From assembly GCA_000934665.2 (NCBI GenBank), contig JYFJ02001225.1:1-64000 (forward strand): a stretch of 64,000 nucleotides of DNA, given 5' to 3'. Origin of the DNA: Catajapyx aquilonaris. Its lineage: Eukaryota. Both the position numbers and the translations under genes were made by a program. The notes below the pieces were generated by a model that had not been told where the DNA came from, did no database searches, and saw only the letters and a list, made by a program, of their open reading frames with translations. Shown here in pieces: positions 34,099-46,000 of the stretch (its first letter is position 1; every line of letters starts with the position of its first letter).

Positions 34099-37000
34099 TC
34101 ACAGGCCGCCGTTACTTGGAGGTCCAATGGGACCAAGGTCCGTGTTGTTCTTTAGGAAATATTTCTCAAGTTTGGCGATGATGTGCTTTCCGTAGGTGTA
34201 CTTGCGCAGGGAGTTGAGATGCGGACGGATCTTGTGCATGAGGACCTTGCGCTGGGAGGGCTCCGACACGTCAATCATCTTCTGGACCACATAGTTCGCG
34301 TACTGGTCCTTCATCATTATATGTAAGGCACTGTTTGGATTGCTGGAATGGAGGTTAAAATGAGTTAGGACATTACAAAGGGGACGCTCAGTTTCTGAAG
34401 TGCACGATGAAGAGCGATCCCAGTACATCCAAATATGCCACTCACTTGTCATTGTAACTGCAAATCTCATCGATGAGCATGGCCTTCTCTGGCCTGGTGG
34501 CGTAGGTGACACACTTCTCCACCACGTTGGATGCGAATTTGTGCTGAGACAGCTGCAAGACTTTTCCTCTCACCACTGACACAATCTTCGACTTATCATC
34601 AGCCTTTCCATGCTCTGCGAAACACACAAAAGTAATCTTATCCAAAACATACCACCATTTCTGGATATGAATTGTTATTGTCTGATCAGCACTGCAAATA
34701 CTAAGTGAATTCCACCTGCTCAAAGTACTGCGAATCAGAGCTAAGGTATTGAGGTATTGAACTGTCGGTACAATATAATTTTCTCCAGACAAACCAGTGT
34801 TAAATTCCAATTAAAAACAGAAGCCGCAAAACTCACCCAAGACATGCTGTATGACGTAATTCCCATACTGGTCCTGTATTAGCTGCTCAGTGTGCCCATG
34901 TAGTTCGTCTAAAATGGGTGTGGTCTGCTCTGGTGTGCAGTGCTCCAAGATGCGTTGGATCACACGGCATCCATATGGATGTGTTGACAGGGCAAATACC
35001 TGCAGGAAGCGAAGAAGTCAAAATCCGTATCCAAAAACCGTGCAGTCAAATAAGTAAATTGGTAGCTCTGGTCCTCCAGACACTCATCGTATCACAGAAT
35101 TTCAATACGTAAGCAAACACTAACCTGTCCCTGGAAGGCATTGATGATAAACTGCAATGCATGTGGGTCGACACACTCGATGCACTTCTGCACAACATGG
35201 TTCCCATTCTGGTCTTTGACGCACTTCAGAACGTGCCCGTCCAGCTCCCTCACAATCTCCTTCTGCTGCTCTGGTGGAATCGACTCCAGTGCTTTCTGGA
35301 TCACCCGGCAACCATACATCTGCAGAGCCAGAGGGAGGACATGGCCGCGAACCTGGCAATGGAAGTAAATGATGCATCTAGGTGAGGTTCAAACACAGAG
35401 TGGTTGGGTTAACCAACCAAACAGGACCTTCAATCAAAATTCTCATTTAAAATCTTATCACTGATGCAGTTTGAATGTACTTTCATCCCTCGACTTACAT
35501 AAAAATTGTGGTGGTGATTAGGATCAGATGCGATATTTCTCAAAACACAACATGTTCAGTGACTTAGGTCCGTACGATCATCACGTCCTTCCCCACCACT
35601 CTTAAACATGAATTCAATAATATGCAGTAGTAGCTACACAACTTTTTTTTTTTTTGCGCACACATCAAAACTTCCTACTTTCTGTGCGAGAGTGGCCTTC
35701 TGCTCTGGTGTTCCAAACTCGAAGAACTTCTGGATGACATAGTTTCCGAAGACATCAGTCATGAGGCTGTAAGTGGCCTGCAGAATTTCACTGAACACCA
35801 TCTGCTTCTCTGCAGGTGTGGCCCTCTCAAGCTTCTGCTGGATGAACCTGGATCCATGCTGGTCTTGGCTGAACTCTACGATGTGATTGGCAAGGTCCCG
35901 AAGCTGAAGGTTGGGGAAGCGGTTGTTCCTGAAGTCCTCCAACAGCCGGCTACGCCCAATTGGCTTATCCAAGGAGGAAGACGCCGCACTGTTACGTGAC
36001 GTGAACTTTGTGAAGAGTGATGCCGCAGTTGCAACCCCACTGTTGGCACCACCATTCCCACCACCAAGACCCACGCCAAGGCCAGCACCAGATCCAAACA
36101 CGCCATTTGTTGGAATCCCTCCGTTTCGGAACTTGGCTTCGGCACCTGGGGCTGCACTCAGCATGCGGCTTCCTGTTAAAATGCAAAGGTCACATTATAA
36201 TCTTACGCTTCAATAAAACAGCCTGTTATCGTAAATAAGTGGCAATACCATTTGAAATATTTCAATTGGATTTGTCAGTGAAAGCCAATAGATATTGTAA
36301 TGACAGAAATTAGCGGCGGTTAGGATCAGATGCGAATGTCTCAAACACAACTTGTTCAGTGACTTAGGTCCGTACGATCATCACGTCCTTCCCCACCACT
36401 CTTAACAGTGAATGTGAATAATACATATTAGTAGTCGTTTCAACTTCTGTTTCAGTTATGTCAAAAAACAAGTTTCATCTTCATGATGCTGTGGCCTGAC
36501 ATACCTGACATCAAAGCGCCCAATTGCAAGTTGGAAGTGCTGCTGGACAGACTAGGAGGGGGTGTCAGAGACCCAGACCCAAGTCCGAGAGGCCCTGGAG
36601 ATGCCGTGACTGTCCCAAGGGCACCGTAATTCTGGGTCCATTTCCCCCTGGCGTAGTCCAGAGATGGAGAGTAGGAGGCAGTGCGATCAAAAGAGTCGCG
36701 CCGTCCAGAGTTGCCGTTGCCCAGCCCAAGTCCTGACCCCAAGGAGCCCAGGGCTGGAGAGCCGATGGTGCCTAGAGAGTTATTTCCATAGCCAAGAGAG
36801 CTGTTCTGCTGGATGTTCAGTGAGCCAAAGCCTCCACTCAGGCTGGACGACTGGAGGCTCCCTGGAATCCATTAATTCAATAATGGGTCACACATCAAGA
36901 GGGAACTGATAACTTCAAAAAAAAAAAAGGGTTGCATCTCACATGCTTTTTATCGAAAATTACTCCTTTTAAACCTTGCAAGGTGCGGTATATGCAAGTA

Positions 37001-40000
37001 GTGACACCCAACACCAAAATTGAAATTAATGTACACTGATAAAAAGTTCACATTAACCCACAACCAAGCTAATAATTTTCTGACCGGCACTTCAGGTGGA
37101 TATGAAGCGAAATTTCAATGCCTATGAATTTCCACAAAAGTTTCATAACTTCAACTATAAAAATCCTGCCTACACCAAAATCCGCAGATGCTCAAGTCCT
37201 TTATATTGATTAGTATGGCTGTTCACGTACCCCATGTACTCGACACCATCCGACGTTACTTATATTACATAATACCATTGAAGTGCTCAGCGCACAGCAA
37301 ATTCACTTTCCATAACTTTCTCGAATGGCATTATTTTTCCATTATCATTTTTGGGGATTTTCTTGCAGCTTGAGCAGCTTGAACACCTTAGCGGATTTTT
37401 AAACCCCCACAGACAGAATTTTACGACTTCATTATTTTCCATCTTTACACATGAAGATACGCAGTTACATGAAGGATGAGATGCGAAATTCTCTAACACA
37501 ATCTGTTCAGTGGTCCATACATCATCACTTCCTTCTACGGTTCAACATATCCTGCCACACATACACCCCAACAATCAACTGTACTATCACCAGCACACAT
37601 CACCCTTGCTAACTATGTACATTAATTGACCCTAATTTAAAGCGAAATGTGAAAAATTTGGATGGGACGTACGTAACTCACCTCCCAAGGCCCCACCACT
37701 TGAGGAGGAGGAAGAGTAGATGGAAGCAGGCTGGTTACCGTTGTACAGAGAGGCTGGAGGAGTCTGAATTTGCTGTGGTTGGTTGCTTAGCAAGCGCAGG
37801 TTGCTCCCTTTTTGAGTGGGATTTAGGATTTTCGGTTGTTTTTTTTTTGGCATAGGTCGGAGGAGGGACAGGGGTTTTTTTTGTACAAAGGTTAAAAGAA
37901 GCCAATTTGGTGAGGAGGAAAAGCAGACATACCTCGTTTTAGATCTCTTGCAATCAACACTCATGCACAACAATTCCCTTTGCTATCTAAATAACTAGTG
38001 CACAAACATTCAATGCTCATTACCAACTATCACCCTTAATTCTTTGTACAAAAATGCACCAACATTACGAAATATTTATGGTACTTTGTGAATTTAAAGG
38101 CACACATGTTATCCTGGACATCTCACGTGACCAAAATGAAAGAATTTATGGAGCACCGAGAGTGCCAGTGTTTCTAAGAGTTTACAGTACACCAGAGTAC
38201 TACGGGTGATTGGATAGTGTTGTCTAGATTGTAATTATTTGCTTGACATTAATCTAAAATCAATACAATAGACTTTGGTTTAACGCAGAGTAATCATCAT
38301 TGCCAAAAAAAAAATACCCTCTTGGTATCACATGAACACCACAAACTATGTACCACAACAGGATCACAGGACTGTACAAACGATCCGAAACTGATCTGTA
38401 CACTGTACAAAGGAAATGTTCTTCCTGGTGTCTCACCTGGATTTCCTGTGTTGACCAGGACTGGTGCAGGTGACACCAACCTGACTGGAGTCCCGTTGCC
38501 AATGCCTCTCATGTTTCCCATCACCAGGGAGCCGTTCTGGTCATAGTAGGCAGGTATCACCTGATACTGTCCTTGCACCTGCTGTGGGAATAAAGAAATA
38601 ACTTTACAACCATGAACTTCAATTCCGTAAATAAAAGGATCCGTAAATATGCTTTTAACAACACTTGACATCTGCTATGCAATTTTCCCATTTTGACGTT
38701 TTCTGTGCCAAGGAACATTTCCTTAGACTAACACTGACCTCCTGACTTTGGTATGAAATGCTTTTCCCAAACAGGGTCTTCGATCAAATAGATATATTTT
38801 TTTTAAATCATAAGACTCTGCTTCTACTGTTGTGCAGTTTGAATGCACTTTCATCCCTCTACTAAACCAGTGGCGATTAGGATCAGATGCGAAATTTCTC
38901 AAAACACAACATGTTCAGTGACTTAGGTCCGTACGATCATCACTTCCTTCCTCACCACTCTTTGACAGGGTATGTGATAAAAGAATTCGTGCATATTACC
39001 AAACTGTAATGTAAAAAAAAACTAAAGCTGCATCATCATCATCATGACTGACATGACACACATGCCATATGAACTATCCTTTTTTTTTACCTAGCCCCTC
39101 CCAAAAATTCCTCAGTTTCAGTTGTGCCACAGTTATCATTTTCAGCTTTAGCATGGTCTGCATGCCCATACAAATGGCCAACATAAGATGACATTTAGTC
39201 CACTGGCTCTAAGAATAGGCATCTGGGCAGACACCAAACTGACATTTGCCATTATGACACCAAAAGATCAAGTGTCTTTTCATTCGCCTGACAGTGCTGG
39301 GAAAAACTGTACTGTACTTCCGAAAGCATAGCGAGTGGAAGTGTTCACGCAACTGACCTGTGCAAGATTCCCTCCATTTGTGGCAATATCTGGTGCAGAA
39401 GACGGTGTAAGTGGCCGCCTCTGCTGTGCTGCCGCGGCTGCTGCCGCAGCATTTTGTTGGAGGACATTGGCTGGGTATACACCCCAAGGGGCTGCCACTC
39501 CATAGTACTGAGGAAGGACCGTAGGGCCTGGAAAAGCGAACACAACTCTTCAGAACATTGCAGTTAAGATACTGAGAAATACCGACAGGCTGAAACATTG
39601 CAACAGTACGCACATATTAGCGGTAAATTAGTGGGGACATTCATACAAGTTTCAGAAGCACAAAAAGTAGGCATGCCCAATCTACAAAATGTAATTTCCA
39701 TATAATTATCTGGCTGCATGATAGCAATGTGGCTTACTTGTTAGTCACAACATGACAGACCCCACGTAAGCCTTGGGTTTACTTCATTTTAACTGTAATG
39801 ACAATACTTCCAATATCACGACGACAACTTCGGAGTAGTTTTCCAGAACACTTGTCACGTAAGTTTCTCTCGCTTATCAGCTGCAGTTAGCAGAACATTG
39901 TACCATGACCTATCCCTCTTGCCATGGTCAAGGGACCAAAACTAGACCCTCCACCCAAATCACTTGCCCCTAACCTGGCAGCTACGCCCCAAACTTTATG

Positions 40001-43000
40001 CCAGGAGTCACTTTCACTTATGAAGATCGCTCAATGAAAGTATCACTATTCTCAACTTTCCAAGACCAACGATTTGCTCCAAATTGATCGTTTTTCCAGA
40101 CCGTATCAAATTCCGGTCTGAAAAAGGTTGGAAAAGAAAGGGTCATCGGACACTTAAAGAGTTCAGCTTAGGTCGCCATTATTTCCTTCCATATCGGCAC
40201 AAAAATAATGGGGGGAAAAAGCATCTTCATGAAATTGTTTCTCATTGGAGGGAAAGAGAAAGCTAGAAGACTGCCACTTTAATAATCAAGACCAAGGCTC
40301 CCTTCTTAACTAAACAATAAAGCAAGTTTCCATTTCCAATTTTTTTCTCACTGTGCTTTTCCAAACTAGTTGACACTTGACTTTCTCAACACACAGCCGA
40401 TTCTGCTGGAGCTAATCACATGCTGTCCTGACAGGTGAGAACAAAGAGTTCAACGACCTCCAGATGAATGGGAAGAAAAAAACACAAGAACCTGTTTCCC
40501 CCCCCTTGTGACGGTCACAGGCTCTCCAAGACTATCTAATCACACTTGACTGACCTTTCCTCGCACCAGACCTACTTGCAGCCTCACCAATTAATCAAGC
40601 ACTGGACTCCCCGACTCTGGGAGTGAAAGCTTCCTCCCATTCTTATCTACACAAAGCTGACTGCATCTTGGGAGAGGACGAAGATAATGAAGCATTTAAA
40701 CCACCCTCCTGAAGTCAAATCAGGGGTTGCGGCAGGTGACAGTGAGCATGAACACACAAGTTATTTACAGTTGTGAAAACAAACATGAAGGTCAGGTTTG
40801 TTCAACAAGGTGCCATCCTGTTATTATACAGAGCTACCTTAGGCTGCTTAGACCTGCTAGGAAGTTCTTCAGCGTACTACTAATGAGGCCAAGGTGACAC
40901 AAGGTCTCACAGGCACTGTGTTAGTCTGACCGTTGTCTTGTCCCCCACTCCCCCCGTATGCTGGAGGTGAAGCACTTTGAATTCTCTCTCTCTGTTCATG
41001 GGTATTACCAGATACAATGGGAGGAAGCACCTCATTACTAACGTGAATGCCTCCAAATCTGTGCATAAGTGAAGTGAAAACTTGTACATGTACACTGTAC
41101 AGGGCATTGTCATAATTACTTCGCAGAGAATGGACACCTCTGGTATGCATTAATTTTCAATAATCATAATGAGGTCCTTTGTTCCGAGTAGAAGACGTCC
41201 TTAATATCACATGTATCGATGCAAATAGGACACTGCCAATTCGAAGTAGCCCACAAGTTTAGCAACGAATATTACCACTTCTTAAAAACTAGAGTACTGC
41301 ATATATCTACAAAATAAGGCCCTTCTCGAGGTAATCCAGTAACACACACGAAGCAGTCACAGGGTCAGGCTCGAAAGCAAGAGCAGTCCGCACTGAAGGC
41401 AGCAAATTACTCATAAGATCACACATGCCTAAATTCTCCCAATATTTAACAAGCACCACACACCCACGCATGTACACACATAAATGGGCAGGGAAAGGAG
41501 GGGGAAGCAAAGGGGTATCACATAATTGTACCTGCAATGAGTGTCCCGACGTAGGGCTCCTGTGCATTGATCACGTATGGGGCACTAGTGAATGCTGCTG
41601 GACCAGCGAGCCCTAGAAGGACAAACGATTGGCCAATTATACAAAGCAACAATGCCACGAGGCAGAAAAGGGGCAGCTGTGGGATGCCAAAAAAATCATA
41701 TCAGGGCGACTGAGGATGATACGAAGGAGCTCGTCTACATCATGTTAATGAACAACTGGTGGGGGGAGAAGGTTAATGAAGCAAAAAATCTACAGCGAGA
41801 GGTTAGAGTAAGTGGCCTCTCAAAAATGAGACTTTACAATGTGATGCTTTACAGGAAGTAGTGCGTGCTACTTTTAAGATAAAAGTCATGCGACACTTCA
41901 GAGTTACAGGACAAGGAAGATCGAGACTCACCAAGTTGTTGCTGCTGTTGCTGAGCTGCCAGGAACTGCTGCTGTGGTACCAGCTGAATCTGAGCTTGTT
42001 GCTGCTGTTGACTGCGGAATAACTGCAATAAAATGGGGGGAAATGTACAGCATGTTCTACATCACGACAAGAATCATACAACAATCCACCTTTTCAACCA
42101 GAAGTATGACCTGGTCAAATCACACCCATTTTCATGTTCAGTTCCCTACAGAAAAGTAACCCACCGAGATTTGCTCCTCTGCGTACCTAAAAATCTGCCC
42201 TATTTCAAGTAACCCATCTGTTATGTCACAGCTGTTGTTGACCTAGTCACCGTTCTCTGTGATACTTGCAAGATCACCTGCTGCCCAAATGGCTGATCCT
42301 TTTAAATCGTAGAATTGTGTGTGCCATTATTAACAAAATAACTGGGGGGAAAAGCAATGCTTGCAGGCCACCAAAGGGCACTGACCTTATTAATTACACG
42401 TTAACGTACACCTTTGCTTAACCAATACATGACCAAACAATTTGGTTGGAAAAACAAAAGCCTTGACGGTGTCAATAATAATCAGATGTTTCGCATATAA
42501 TCATGCCCTGTGCATTAATAAGTGTGAGAGAGAAAGCTCGTGGATGTAGGAGCATGGCGGGAATGTGAACAGGGCCAGAAACTACTTTACGACCCAAATG
42601 TTGACAAGATAGTTGGTCTGCTCAACGCATGAGGAGGCTCTTGCTCAGGTTTTTCCTTGCTGTCTGTCAAACAGAGAAACCTCAAAAAGTTTTGTTTCAT
42701 TTCAAACTGCACAATGCCCACTTTTCTCATTTTTGGCTTCAAAGGGAGCCCTAGATATCAACCCCCATAATCAAGGGCTATTGTACCTTTATTACACCTT
42801 TCACATTCAACCAACATCACAGCAGCACACTTATAAAAAGCACAGAATTAACTCCCTCTTTGCAGAGCAACTGTAACATCCTACAGCAACTGTGTCAAAA
42901 TGAGGGACACAATTTGCTTTAACAGTATGCGCGGTCATTACTGTTCCACACTTAAACCTCAACTGTCCTGCAAACCGAAGACCTCCTTTGCAGCTGAGGA

Positions 43001-46000
43001 GGAAACGAGGTCGGTCTTAAGTGCTGTTATTATTTGCCGTTAGGGAGAGGAGAGAGAGAGAGAGATGCCTTCTCTGGTCCAACATTCTGAGAAGAGGCTT
43101 GAGGGGACCTAACCAGATACGACTCCGAGTCATTGACTTTTCAACACTAGAAAGCATGTATTTCCTGTGAATCCTGACTCAGCACATGGGGATTGTTTAA
43201 GCTTACTTCCAAGCAATTTGCCGACAGGAAGGGATTCCTACCGGAGGTGTCATTAGAGACTTTCACACCCCTCCATAAACTCAGCCAAAACCACCTAAAT
43301 CACTCCGAGTTCAGATCGAGTTCAACCCAGCTCCTTCCATCAGGCAAGGACCACGTCCAAGAAACCTAATGGCTGCAAATAGGGTGATTGTCTCACCTCC
43401 GACGCACTAATTTCAAAACCTTTTTTTTTTCCAGTCCTGCTCCAAATCGTTCATGGTCCACCACAAACTCCTGAGCATTCTGCATTTAAATTTCCACCAT
43501 GTTCAAGGTGTTGTGCAACTCTCTCAGAAAGTTACAAATCTCGCATGTCCCATCCATAGTTTTCTCATGGAAAAACTCTCAATCCAGTTCATGCAACAAG
43601 GTGAGAAAACTGCTGCGCTTCCGTATCAACACATTTATCTTTCACCTTTCTTCCAAAATAATTCGCCTTTCAACTACCCAGTTATCATTGCAAATATGCT
43701 GGCCGTTACCATTTCTAATCATTCATCATATGGAGGAATTTTTTCTCTCAATAATCGCCCTAACACATGCTTGGTAGCTGATTACATATTAAAAACAACG
43801 CCATGCCCTGGCATTTCAATCATGTCACTGGAACTGCAAGAACTCTTTATCCTCCTGGAGTGTTCATTGGTCCTTCACCCAGGAAACTTGGCCTTGACTG
43901 CTTGTGCACTCGACTGCATGCCACAGGCACTGAAGTACTAGCTCAAGCAAAATTAATGGCCGCACAGACTTCTAGCGCAAAACGGCACGTTATTACTACA
44001 CAGGAAAAAACACCGCCTTCAAATGCAAGGGGAGAAGGCAAATATACTGGTCCCTTGTGACATTTCAAACTCTAAATCACAGCACTTACTCCACATCCTT
44101 TCGAGAACAACTCATGCGAGCTTAATTCATGCGATCAGCACAATCAATTGCAAGGCAAGACGGCAAACAAGGATGGTATGGACTGCAGTAATATTATTCA
44201 CGCTAATTTCCTCTCTTGTGTCAACTTTGGCACAAGGAAGTGAACCTAATTTCATATCAGAGGCACTGCATTATTGCACCGTTAGGATTCTCATAGCTTA
44301 CCATTGTCACGAATAATATGCAAGTTTCATAATTATTTTTTTTCATAACGGCTTCCGTAAACTTTTCTTTCAAATCATTTTACTTTTCAGATAAAATAAT
44401 TAACTGTCAAAATGTCACGTAAATTGCGTGCAACCCAGCCCAATTACAAGGAAAACTTCCTCAGTCAAGTTCAATTAACTTTTCCCAATATTCAGCATGG
44501 CCACTCTTTTACCCTACTACAATATTGCCTGATTTCATTACGGGGTAATTGTAAGTAAAAGTGGAATCATCAATATAACCGACATTCACTGATTGCAAGG
44601 CATTATTATTCATCAACTTGTCAATGTCAATAAAGGTTGATTACGAAACCCAGATTTTGTATAGTCAAACAACAAATCCTCTCCCAAATTAGTCGTGGTT
44701 CACGTCAGGCCTAATATCTAAATTTTTATGCAACACTCAAATTGTTACAATTTTGTTGCTGTAATACATTCATTTACCTTGGCGTTTTTTTTTTTAAATA
44801 CAAAGACTTAGATGAGGAATATGAATCCAAAGACTGACAATTCCATGAACGTGATTTGAATCATAAAATATTTCAAATAATAAAATCGGTTTTATTCAAG
44901 TGTCGTCTGTTTTGGTGCTCATCTTTGCACATGAAAAAAAAGGTTCCCAAAAATTTTGTTTTAGTGCAAGTGTTCATAATATTACAAAATTTAAGCACCA
45001 TGCCATTGTAAATTTTTACTGTTCATGGTTCTTTGAATGTAAATCTTCGATTCTCCTGGTTAAATATCCCTCTTCCTTCTTTTCAAAAAGCAAACATTCA
45101 GACTGACAAACAAATCCTACATGCCTGCATCAAAAGTAGCTAGAAATGCAACTAATATTGTTTATTGTTGCTGATATTATCATCAGTAATGTATGACTGC
45201 TATTACTTGGTAAAATCATTGTAAATATCGATTCCTTCACTACCGGCTGATTCCTATTATGTATCTTTGCTGTCAAAATATGCAAATAATTATGCATTAA
45301 TGTAGAAGAAATCGCAGACCTTTATAAACGCAGGTTCAAATCATTTTGCGCTATCCACAACTCACGACACTGCTCACAGCACCGTATTTTGGTAAATGCA
45401 AATCCACATGTGTGAGAAACAATCACAAACTTGCAGCACAATCCATTCTATCTGACAGCAGTATACACGCAGATGTACGATCTATCATTAATATGAAGAC
45501 ATTAAATCTTTAAGGACTCCTAAATCCCCAGATTCGAATTACATCTGCTCCAGTGAGTAGCACAAGTCCGAATCCACACAATCATATTCAACAACTTTGC
45601 TCATGATAAGTGTGGCCATCCCTTAAACTTCCCTATCTTTTCCGCGTTTTCTGCAGAAAATCTCAGGCAAGTGTCACAAGCTTGCAAAATTCCACCATCT
45701 CGGTGCCAAGCAAATGTGCTAACAAAAAATATTTCCAGCAGCAAAATAATTGCCTCCAGGCAGCCAGTAGCAACAAAGTGAAGATGCCTTTGGCAACTAA
45801 TGCAAATATTTGAATTGTCACAATTTTTATGAACTATCCACTTTCATGTGCAGCAATTGCTCAGAGGCATATTCTCCATTCTATTCGCCTACTATTTTCT
45901 ATTTGATATCAATTCCTATACTGGATGGCCAATGGCACTTTCGCTCATATTATAGGGCCGTAATCAGAGTCAACAACAAGAAGTTAGTGCAGTGCTTTAA

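Noticed and set aside
38100..38230. Possible H/ACA snoRNA in the pumilio intron lacking a C/D copy
   Set aside because: An ACA is present but I could not identify an ANANNA hinge or two convincing hairpins.
35520..38948. Repeated intronic unit as a hammerhead ribozyme or MITE
   Set aside because: There is no CUGAnGA/GAAA core and no TIR or target-site duplication. The box C/D layout explains the conservation better.
40911..40960. Possible small pumilio exon ([11 protein letters not shown]...)
   Set aside because: The best donor breaks the frame and the in-frame donor is weak.
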